A stretch of 64,000 nt of DNA from Lingula anatina (lineage: Eukaryota > Animalia > Brachiopoda), in contig CM120640.1 in NCBI GenBank assembly GCA_051362555.1, forward strand, positions 2,294,001-2,358,000, given 5' to 3'. The position numbers and the translations under genes were made by a program. Numbering within the stretch: the first letter of the stretch is position 1; each line of letters opens with the position of its first letter. The notes below the pieces were generated by a model that was not told where the DNA came from, ran no database searches, and saw only the letters and a list, made by a program, of their open reading frames with translations. Shown piece by piece: positions 16,811-26,876 of the stretch.

Positions 16811-17150
16811 CACTAGTGGGCTTGATTTGGTCTTAAAGTGCAATTTAAGTTCACAAATAGTCTTACATGATCTTAAACCATGAGTAAGACTATTTCTGGT
16901 CTAACAGCCAATTAAGTTGTCTCCCCTTACACATTCTCCTATTGTGAGCAGAGGTGTCCTCTATTGTGAGGGGAGGTATCCCCCATTGTGAGGGGAGGAA
17001 ACTGCTTGACCACTTAAGTAGATGTTAGAACATTTTTGATCTTAAAAGCAGATTCAGTCCATTTTAAGACTACTGCTGTAATGTTTAAGATCGTGTAAGA
17101 TCACTTGTGAACTTAAATTGCACTTTAAGACCAAATCCAGCCCACTAGTG
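16811..17150. mobile_element. CACTA/EnSpm-like MITE
   Basis: Long TIRs starting CACTAGTGGG and ending CCCACTAGTG. 3-bp TSD ATG, with the empty site GTCGCATGTGAGCG in the intact paralogs. Three internal ~21-bp repeats. Confidence 0.9.
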
Positions 17151-17932
17151 ATGTGAGCGTATCTTCAAGTTGGTAAAAGTGGACGAAAGCAAAGAAATTC
17201 ATTAGCACATGATAAATGTTGTATTTGTTGGATGACTCGTATTTTATTTTTTGCACAAATATGCTGGATGCAATATCATTCCACAATAAGTTAGGACCAT
17301 ATTGAATGTGAACCCAGGCAAGTTTGAGTTGTATGTCACGTTCATAAAATATTTCACATCAAATATATTTTATGTACTTGGCATACAACTTAAGACAGGT
17401 ACCGGAATGACATACAGGTGCCGGTATCATACGTTTGTGTTGTGTATTTCAATATTTTGGTTTTTCAGGCATGAACATTGAATTTAAATTCACATAATGA
17501 CTTCCAGCTGTATGCTAACCCTTAAATGTCTGTATGTAAACCTTGAAACATCTTTTGTTGATAGAAATGATGTTTTCTTATAGATAAAGAGGCCGTATAA
17601 ACTTGGTTGCCGCTTTCGATATATTTTAAAAAACATATTGCTCAGCCTAGGTTAACCACACCAAGGTCAGAAATATTTTATCAAGCTTCTGTCTGTGTGA
17701 TGATAAAAAATATACAAATATAAAAGAGGAAAAGAAAAATGCTAAATGTGTAGATCACACAAACGCTTGTTATATAAAGACGAAAGAAATGGGTTCCAGA
17801 AATAAATTACATAACATAACATAACATAACATAACATAACATAATACTATCAATAGGGATGGCCGGGTCTAGATTACCCTGTTAGACCCTTTTCGGACTT
17901 TTGGCCTTGTAGAGCCGACTAAAAATAAGTTA

Positions 17933-18185
17933 TAGGGACCATTCCCAGACCCTGTTATACTAATTGTGGATCGATCTATCTCAGAGGGGAATCTCACAAA
18001 ACGTCTATCAACTTCAGCGGCTCAAATGTCTGTCACGCCTACGGAAGCTGCTACGGGATAATTAATAATCGTTTAGCAGCTTCGTTAGGCGTTCCAGACA
18101 TCTAAGCCGCGTAAGCTGAAAGCAATTTAGCGAGAAACCCCTCCGAGATGGATCGATGGATCTAGGTATGGGAACCCAGTCTTAC
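17933..18185. mobile_element. Degenerate MITE related to the element at ~31848-32075
   Basis: Subterminal GATCGATC inverted motifs, with ends of the form GGGACCATTCCCAGA...TATGGGAA. Confidence 0.45.
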
Positions 18186-18839
18186 AATAGCAAAACCGAT
18201 TTTAGAACGAGCGACAAAGATTTGGCTACAGATACAACTTGTAGGGGTCCATATGTTCCTCCCTACCCAGGTTCTTCTAATATTTTACTTGTCACTGATG
18301 CATGGGAGAGGGAATATAACCACAAACTCACATCTTCAGTTCCAACTCTAAAGTTTCTTTATCAAGTCCTTGAATATAATATGACGAAAATCAAGTTATA
18401 ATTCGACGGCTTATAAAATGCCTCAACGTAATGGAAAGCTTTGACATAAGTAGGCCTAGCTGTAACCTCCTTATCACGTCTGTTGCAGCTTTTCCAGCCT
18501 TCCTTTTTTCTAACACGTTATTTTACACACTTTACTCAAATTTATATATATATATATATATTTTTTTTTTTTCATTATAAATCTTAATTGTTTACAATCG
18601 TTTAATTTATTTGTATTTACAGACAGTTTTTATTATTGTCCATCTACATGATATATTATTACATTATTATTTCCCTAAGGCAGGTTCTTTACTTGAAAGT
18701 TTGGATGAAACAAAAATTCAATCAGACTCTTAAATCTTCATGTTTTACCAAGTGCAGGTCCACTTCCTACCGAAGTTTTGAAAGTCACTGATGGTTGAAT
18801 GGAGAAGGACTTTATTGATATAAACCATAATGTACATGG

Positions 18840-19047
18840 CAGTGGCGGATTTGGGGGAGGGGATCAGGGGGGTCCTGACCCCCCCCCCTTCGATTTCTAA
18901 AAAAAAAAAAATAAATAAATAAAAACACCAAAGGTCCCCAAAATTTTGGGGGCCCTTCAGTGGGCACCGAACCTCACGCCAAGGGGAGGGGGAGAGTGGG
19001 CTTTGCATCCATGGATCCCCTTTCAAATAAGTCTGGATCCAACACTG
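18840..19047. mobile_element. CAG...CTG-terminated MITE with 5-bp TSD (hAT5-like)
   Basis: TIRs CAGTGGCGGAT / ATCCAACACTG and TSD CATGG. Empty site TGTACATGGTATT in the paralogous region at 23101. Confidence 0.85.
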
Positions 19048-19719
19048 CATGGTATTATCAAGCTACAAATGATCATAAAAACACAATTACCCAAAAAAAT
19101 AGACAAATATATGATGTAGTTTGATATGAGTAAATATACCATAACCATATACCATTACCGTAACCATAATCCCACGGCCGAATCAACTGTCAAAACAAAA
19201 TGTCTTCCCTACAAGTTGGCCGCCCTAATAATAGCGCATCAAGATATGCACTGCTTTCATAAGTGAACAGTTTTCAACTTTTTCCTTTCGAGTGAGATAA
19301 TGATGGTCTTTGTTTGTATGTAATACGACGATTTCTTTTGCTGGCTCACTTGAGTGACGTGTGTTTCTCTTTGAAACGATCCTTTTGACTGGTTGCACTT
19401 AGGAGCTTTAGCCCGAAAATGGCCAAAAATTTGGTCTACTCATTTCAAGATGAATTTCTGGTATACCACTAAAGTAAGTACTGGCCTGAAATATAGCCAT
19501 GCTTTTCTTGTTATAAAGCAGGCGCAATAATCGTTTGATTGACAACCACTATTTTACCTTGTCTTAAAGGAGACAAACATTTTGGTCTAAATGTTTAGAC
19601 CAAATTTCGGACTAAGTACTCGTGTGACAGGTCCCCGAGATAAATTCATAGGGCACATGAACAGCCACCATTCCGCCAAGAAGCTCAGACCGTTATGTGA
19701 CTCTTATGTGCGAGCAGAT

Positions 19720-20988
19720 ATGATTTACAAACGCATAACCTTGGGTGTCATCTTCACTTCCCTCATATGTATTTTACTGTGGATCAAGCTACTGCCGGTT
19801 CATGTTACCCTGGCACTGGGAAGTTATGTAATGGGTACTGCTAACCCATGGGCAACTGTGCCAAGCTTTGAGGTCTTCGTTCGCATGTGTTCGTCCAAAA
19901 AGGAAATCTATGACACAATACTTACACCAAGTATGAAGCTTTTCTGGCCGAACGATATTCGACTGATAGTTGTATTGGATAACGAGACCAAAAGTGATCA
20001 TCTTTGTGGAGAGGAACTGCATAACAGGTACCCTTACCCGAAAGTTTTCTACGAAAATCCCTCTCCGGAAACCTACAACAACCACGGACACGATCGACAG
20101 CAATGGTCGATGTTTTACCCGGAGAATTACACTAACGCTGAATACATCGGTTTTGTAGATACGGATGCTTTATTCATATCAACTGTCACACCAGAAGATC
20201 TCTTCCTAAACAGTAAACCTGTAGTAATTGGAGTTTATGGAAGTTTTCTGAGTGACTGGTGGAAAGGGGTTGCCTGGAAGACAAAGAATCTATTTGGAAC
20301 ACCAGAGGTAATGAAGTGTATGGCGTATTTCCCTGTCATCGTGAAAGTTGAGCACATTGTTGAACTGCGACATTACCTCGAAAAACTACACAATAAAACA
20401 TTTGATGAAATATTCAAAGAGTATACGGTTGTAGACATCTTTTCACAGTTCAATTTAATGTGCCAATATATATTTACGTTTCATCGCAACGAATACAATT
20501 TCCATATTCAAAAGCGCCCGAATGGAAAGTGGAAGAAAGAAAGCGAAGGAAGAATGCCGTTGAAATTCTATCATGATAACTTTACAGTTGAAGAACGCGC
20601 ACCTGTTGCGAGAACAGCAATCCACTGGCGGTATCACACACCTCCAAGGGAGGAAGTTTTACTGCCTCCGTACAATTTAAACAGTTACTTTCCCCAAGCT
20701 CTCCTAGAAGGAATTTGTCACTCTGGTGGGTTTGACGTCTGTCCTGGGCACTGTAGGTATTTTAATAAAAGCAGCATTCATAGAAATCTCTTCAATTTTG
20801 AATTCTCTGACTGGACATGGGATCCCGCTTGTGTTGGGGCCCAGGAAAAACACTATGCGGCTGTTCAGCGTTTAATGGAGCATTACAGATTAAATAAAAT
20901 GAACATATTTGGTGAAAAAACAGCCGCTGTCGCATGTGAGCGTATCTTCAAGTTGGTGAAAGTGGACAAAAGCAAAGTAATTCTTTAG
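19720..20988 (+). CDS. Intronless glycosyltransferase-like protein, copy 2
   Basis: Same protein as copy 1 (DTDALF). The conserved ATG is 19720; in-frame upstream ATGs at 19657 and 19591 occur only in this copy. Confidence 0.85.
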   Translation: MIYKRITLGVIFTSLICILLWIKLLPVHVTLALGSYVMGTANPWATVPSFEVFVRMCSSKKEIYDTILTPSMKLFWPNDIRLIVVLDNETKSDHLCGEELHNRYPYPKVFYENPSPETYNNHGHDRQQWSMFYPENYTNAEYIGFVDTDALFISTVTPEDLFLNSKPVVIGVYGSFLSDWWKGVAWKTKNLFGTPEVMKCMAYFPVIVKVEHIVELRHYLEKLHNKTFDEIFKEYTVVDIFSQFNLMCQYIFTFHRNEYNFHIQKRPNGKWKKESEGRMPLKFYHDNFTVEERAPVARTAIHWRYHTPPREEVLLPPYNLNSYFPQALLEGICHSGGFDVCPGHCRYFNKSSIHRNLFNFEFSDWTWDPACVGAQEKHYAAVQRLMEHYRLNKMNIFGEKTAAVACERIFKLVKVDKSKVIL

Positions 20989-21934
20989 CATATGATAAAT
21001 GCTGTAATTGTTGGGTGACTCGCATTTCACTTTTTGCACACAAATACTGGATAACAAAAGTATCCCAAAGTGACAATAAGTTAGCACTTTTTAAAATGAA
21101 TGTAAACCCATGCAAGTTTACGTTTAATATAATCATCTATAAACTCGTCACAATCTTTAAAAAAGATAAATCATTGTATAACACGGTAGTGTTTAACAAT
21201 TTGTTTCTGTCTTTAAGTCACATTCACAATCACGGAAGAGAAACCAAAATTAGAAACAAAAGTCCCGGTAAAGTAATAAATTTAGTTAATTGAAGTTACA
21301 CCCCTCTTAGATGTCAGAAATAGGAAACCGGTGACGACTCTCAAATCGCAGAAATTCCTTGGGCCTCATTGAGAGGCGGAGAGACTATTGCAGGATTTAA
21401 CGGTCTTCCTTTCATGTAGGTCCGCCATATTTAGGTCGTGGCCTAGCTAGCACTCGGCTCTTCTCATTTTGAATGATCCCTTAGTGTACTTCCTTCCAAT
21501 AGCTCACGTAAGTAAAGGAAAGTATTGATTACAAGGAATAATGTAAATTGGCTGTAGTCTTGACAATCATAGCACATATACATAAAACAGCATGTAAAAT
21601 TTGTTTGGTGAATATACAGTACCTTGTATGTTTAGATATTTTCTGATACCTGATACTTTATAATTATAAATATAAACAACATTCGTCTTTTGATACGTCA
21701 TAAATTCGATAAGTAAATTCACTTTTGTTTACATTTATGCATCTATTGACTTAAGAATTTTACAAGTTGCGGAATGTTTTGAAGAGATGCCAACAACTGA
21801 GATATCTCATTTCACTGCTGAAGATTCGTGACGGAATATATTCTCATATATAACGAAAATTAAGTCATACGACAACGGATTATAAAATGCCTCAACATAA
21901 TGGAAAGTTTTGACATTAGCAGGCCCATCTGTAA

Positions 21935-22773
21935 AGCCCTCTTTACACTGGACAGCGCCCAATATGCGTCCTGTAGTACTGCCCCGTTTGAGAATAAAAA
22001 GAAGAAGAATACTTTAAGTGCCGACAACCAACTGGCCGATCATTGTAGCATTTATTCTGCAAGCCAAAGCGATGCTTGTTCCTCCTTACTACGACAACAG
22101 CGATGCCAGTTCAGGCCTACCCAACTACCAGACTCGGCACCTAAGGATCCCGAATTAACCGGTATATCGCACCACACTACCCGTTTTCAAGGTGTGTGTC
22201 AGATCGCATTTCGGAGTATCATACCCCAAAACAAATTTTGTAGGACGACTGCGGGCTCATCCACGCACGGCTGTCACCTTGATTGGATAGTAAACGATTG
22301 TCGTAAAATCGCTATATGATTTTAAAACCGGGTGCATAAATTTGAAAACCACCTAGAACAACGCTAGACTGTACTCTTACTTTAGAGTACTCTATTTTAT
22401 TGTCTCTATGGAGGTATATGGGCACTTTACGACATTCGGTTTGAATGTTTTAACACCTTTTGATAGGGCTTTTTGGCATTGTATTAGATTAATGTGGCAG
22501 TCTAAGGTTGTTCTAGGTGGTTTTCAAATTTATGCACCCGGTTTAAAAATCATATAGCGATTTTACGACAATCGTTTACTATCCAATCAAGGTGACAGCC
22601 GAGCGTGGGCTCATCCTGTCGGTGTTCTGACACACCCCTTGTAAACGGGTAGTGTGGTCCGACATGCCGGTTAATTCAGGATCCTTAGGTGCCGAGTCTG
22701 GTAGTTGGGTAGGCCTGCAGTTCATACTCGCACAAAGGACGCAGAAAGGACGCCGTCCAGTGTAAAGGGGGTT
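21935..22773. mobile_element. PIF/Harbinger-like foldback MITE
   Basis: TIRs AGCCCTCTTTACACTGGAC / GTCCAGTGTAAAGGGGGTT and TSD TAA. Long internal inverted arms (~22110-22365 vs ~22505-22720). Empty site TGTAACCTCC at ~18461. Confidence 0.9.
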
Positions 22774-23831
22774 TAACCTCCTTATCACGCCTGTTGCATC
22801 GTTTCCAACCTTCCTTTTTCTAACATGCTATTTTTCGCACTTTGTTCAAATTTATATAATATTCTTATTTTCATTATAAATCGCAATTTTTAACAACAGT
22901 TTATTTTATTTGTATTTACAGACAGTTTTTGTTATTGTCATTCTACGTTATATTATTTCTTTCCGTACAGGTAAGTCCTTACTTTTGAAAGTTTGGAAGA
23001 AAAAAATTCAGTCAGACTCTTGTCTTTCATAGTTTACCGAAGTTTTGAAAGTCACTGATGGTAAAATGGAGAAGAAGAACTTTATTGATATAAACCACAA
23101 TGTACATGGTATTATCAAGCTACATAGCCTAACATAAGTGATCATAAAATACTATTACACAAATAAATAGATAAATACATGATACAGTTTGATATGAGTA
23201 AATATACCATAACCCTATACCATTACCGTAACCATAATCCCACTGACAAATCAACTGTCAAAACAAAATCTTTCCTACAAGATGGCCACCCTAAGTTGTT
23301 CTATTTGTATATCTATGTTGAAATATCCAAGTTGTGAGATTAAATAAACTTGAAGTAGCGCATCAAGATTTGTACTACTTTCATAAGTGAACAGTTTTCA
23401 ACTTTTTGCCTTCGGGTGAGATAACGATGATCTTTGTTTGTGTGTAATACGACAATTCCTTTTGCTGGCTCACTTGAGTGACGTGTGCTTCTCTTCGAAA
23501 CGATTCTTTGGACTGGTTGCACTTAGGAGCTTTAGCCCGAAAATGGCTAAAAGTTTGGTCTACTTTTTTCAAGATGAATTTCTGGTAGACCACTAAAGTA
23601 AGTATAGGCCTGAAATATGTCCATGGCTTTGTCAAAAAGCAGGCGCAATAATCATTTGATTCGACTACTACTATTTAACCTTGCCTAAAAGCAGACAAAC
23701 ATTTTGGTCTAAAAGTTAAGACCATATTTCGGTCTAAAGACTCGTGTGACAGGTGCCCGAGATATATTCATAGAACACGTGAACAGCCACCATTTCACCA
23801 AGAAGCTCAGTCCGTTACCTTGCGAGCAGAT

Positions 23832-25100
23832 ATGAATTGCATACGCATAACCTTGGGTGTCATCTTCACTTCCCTGATATGTATTTTACTGTGGATCAAG
23901 CTACTGCCGGTTCATGTTACCCTGGTACTGCGCAGTTATATAATGGGTACTGCTAATCCATGGACAAATGTCCCAAGCTTTGAGGTCTTCGTTCGCATGT
24001 GTTCGGCCAAAAAGGAAATCTATGACACAATACTTACTCCTAGTATGAAGCTTTTCTGGCCGAAAGATATTCGACTGATAGTTGTATTGGATAACGAGAC
24101 CAAAAATGATCATCTTTTTGGAGAGGAACTGCGTAACAGGTACCCTTACCCGAAAGTTTTCTATGAAAATCCTTCTCCGGAAACCTACAACAACCACGGA
24201 CACGATCGACAGCAATGGTCGATGTTTTACCCGGAGAATTACACTAACGCTGAATACATTGGTTTTGTGGATACGGATACTTTATTCATATCAACTGTCA
24301 CACCAGAAGATCTCTTCCAAAACGGTAAACCTGTAGTCATTGGAGTTTATGGAAGTTTTCTTAGTGACTGGTGGAAAGGGGTTGCCTGGAAAACAAAGAA
24401 TCTATTTGGCACATCAGAGGTAATGAAGTGTATGGCGTATTTCCCTGTCATTGTGAAAGTTGAGCACATTGTTGAACTGCGACATTACCTCGAAAAACGA
24501 CACAATAAAACATTTAATGAATTATTCAAAGAGTCCACAGTCACAGGCATCTTTTCACAGTTCAATGTGATGTGCCAGTATATATTCACGTTTCATCGTA
24601 ATGAATACAATTTTTATATTCAAAAGCGCCCGAGTGGAAAGTTGAAGAAAGAAAGCGAAGGAAGAATGCCGTTGAAATTCTATCATGATAACTTTACAGT
24701 TGAAGAACGCGCACCTGTTGCGAGAACAGCAATCCACTGGCGGTATCACACACCTCCAAGGAGGGAAGTTTTACTGCCTCCGTACAATTTAAACAGTTAC
24801 TATCCCCAAGCTCTCCTAGAAGGAATTTGTCACTCTGGTGGGTTTGACGTCTGTCCTGGGCACTGCAGGTATTTTAATAAAAGCAGCATTCATAGAAATC
24901 TCTTCAATTTTGAATTCTCTGACTGGACGTGGGATCCCGCTTGTGTTGGGGCCCAGAAAAAACACTATGCGGCTGTTCAGCGTCTAATGGAACATTACAG
25001 ATTAAATAAAATGAACATATTTGGTGAAAAAACAGCCGGTGTCGCATGTGAACGTATCTTCCAGTTAGTGAAAGTGGACAAAAGCAAAGTAATTCTTTAG
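23832..25100 (+). CDS. Intronless glycosyltransferase-like protein, copy 3
   Basis: Same architecture (ATG 23832) and the most divergent intact copy. Confidence 0.85.
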   Translation: MNCIRITLGVIFTSLICILLWIKLLPVHVTLVLRSYIMGTANPWTNVPSFEVFVRMCSAKKEIYDTILTPSMKLFWPKDIRLIVVLDNETKNDHLFGEELRNRYPYPKVFYENPSPETYNNHGHDRQQWSMFYPENYTNAEYIGFVDTDTLFISTVTPEDLFQNGKPVVIGVYGSFLSDWWKGVAWKTKNLFGTSEVMKCMAYFPVIVKVEHIVELRHYLEKRHNKTFNELFKESTVTGIFSQFNVMCQYIFTFHRNEYNFYIQKRPSGKLKKESEGRMPLKFYHDNFTVEERAPVARTAIHWRYHTPPRREVLLPPYNLNSYYPQALLEGICHSGGFDVCPGHCRYFNKSSIHRNLFNFEFSDWTWDPACVGAQKKHYAAVQRLMEHYRLNKMNIFGEKTAGVACERIFQLVKVDKSKVIL

Positions 25101-25111
25101 TATACTTTTTG

Positions 25112-25113
<2 letters not shown>

Positions 25114-25162
<49 letters not shown>
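25114..25162. repeat. (TA)n microsatellite
   Basis: Directly visible just after the copy 3 stop codon. Confidence 0.9.
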
Positions 25163-25167
<5 letters not shown>

Positions 25168-25727
25168 ACAAAAGTATCCCACGTTGACAGTAAGTTAGCG
25201 CTTTATTGAATGTGAACCTATGCAAGTTAGTGTTGTATGCCACAGTTGTGCGCTGTTAGTAAAATCTGTGAATGCCATACAGGCATCATACGTTTGTGTT
25301 GTGTATTTCAGCATTTTTTTTTCAGGTATGAACATTAAATTAAAATTCACATACCGACTCCCAGCTGTTCTGCAAACCCTGAAATTTCTTTTGGGGTAAA
25401 AATGAGTGTTTATAGTTAGAGAGGCCGTATTAGCTTAGTTGCTTCTTTCGAGATTTTTTAAAAACCATAGCACTCAGCCTAAGCTTAACGCGCAAAGGTC
25501 AGAGAAATTTCATCGAGCGTCCGTCTAATGTGTGATGATAAAGAATTACACAAATTAAAAAAGAGGAAAAGAGAAATGTTAAATGTCGGTAACAGGGACC
25601 CTCGGTTTCGCCACACCCGGTCTAGATGGCCCAGACACTTTTCGAACTATTGTAGAGCCAACTGAGAATAAGGTAGAGCACCAAAACCCATTTTAAAACG
25701 AGCGCCAATGGCTTGGCTACAGATGCA

Positions 25728-25866
25728 ACTTATAGTAACTTATAGTAACTGGCTCGCGCTGCCAGTAATTACGCGGCGGGATATTCAGTGCACAGACCGT
25801 GATCATAAGACATGCCGCAAATAGAAAATAGAATTTAGAAAATAGACATTGCATGTGAACGAAGCC
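25728..25866. mobile_element. Right half of the palindromic GGC...GCC MITE family
   Basis: Matches the right arm of 38411-38665 and 46902-47167 and ends GAAGCC+TTA. Confidence 0.8.
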
Positions 25867-26166
25867 TTACTTTTCATATTTCATTGGCTGTGGTTATTGG
25901 CATTTTTCTCTTCAAAGTCGTTGAGACAATTTAAAATATTTAAAACTGATTGCTAAAGGGATAGTAACTTCGTAGAGATCTGTATTTCGCAATAAAAACA
26001 TTGTAAACAACTCATAGAAATAAAATATATTCTGTTTTACCACAATAACGGCTGTAATAGCTATTATTCTGATATCTGAGCTTGTCATCAGACCTCTGAC
26101 CTCTGTAGATGGCTATACTCTGTAATAACCTCTTAAGAGATTATCACATAAAACCAGACTTTTTAG

Positions 26167-26200
<34 letters not shown>

Positions 26201-26876
26201 AGGGACTAACTTTGAATGTATAAATGGATTCGTTAACCACTGGTAAGTATGGGGAAATTGTTGTTTACTCCGGGAAAATTCATTTTTGGCCAAAATGAAC
26301 AGTTATTATCCATTTAACTTTAATATTTGCCAAAGCTTGTCTTTGATTTCGAGACCAAAAACGAAATTAATTTAAGCTATTTAACAAAGGGAAAATAATT
26401 GTATTTACTTGTTGAGAATTTTGAGTTCGACATTTTTATAAATTTTTGGTGTGTCATGGTCGCAATGGTCGTTACGCGTTTGTGTAAAAAAACATGAATA
26501 AATAAAATTGCCCAATCTGCAAGGTCAGGCTGGGTGTACCCATAGATCCGAATAGAATGCGTCTCGTCACTCTCGTGTCATCTTGCTTATGTAGAGTTGT
26601 TAGTCTAATGGTTTTATTTTCGCAGAGTATATTGTCCGAGATTTTGCAAGTCGTAGATGAATCATTTTTCATTTTTGCCAATTTCATAATTTAATATTAC
26701 TAAATTAATATAGGATGAATGGTGCTGTGAAAATATGTTTGTAAAGTGTAAAGAGATTCGAAACTGAATTCACAGGATAACCAATGTTATGTAAAATTCT
26801 CTCCTGTAAAGGGTCTCGCTGTCAGTGTAAGCCCTAAGCCTATACAGTGCTGCAACGAGGTTGTATGGATCACGTT

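Larger units (their letters stand above)
16003..17205 (+). pseudogene. Fragmented fourth copy of the glycosyltransferase-like gene
   Basis: 16003-16235 matches HYLEKRHNKTF...VEEHAP, 16764-16810 matches LNKMNIFGEKSAAVA, and 17151-17205 matches CERIFKLVKVD to the stop. The 5' half is missing and two insertions interrupt it. Confidence 0.9.

Noticed and set aside
19591-19719. 465-aa N-terminal extension of copy 2
   Set aside because: It is not preserved in frame in copies 1 and 3; the shared ATG before the TM segment is the more likely start.
14494-24749. Recurrent short antisense and alternate-frame ORFs in the three GT-like genes
   Set aside because: Their recurrence is explained by the near-identity of the paralogs.
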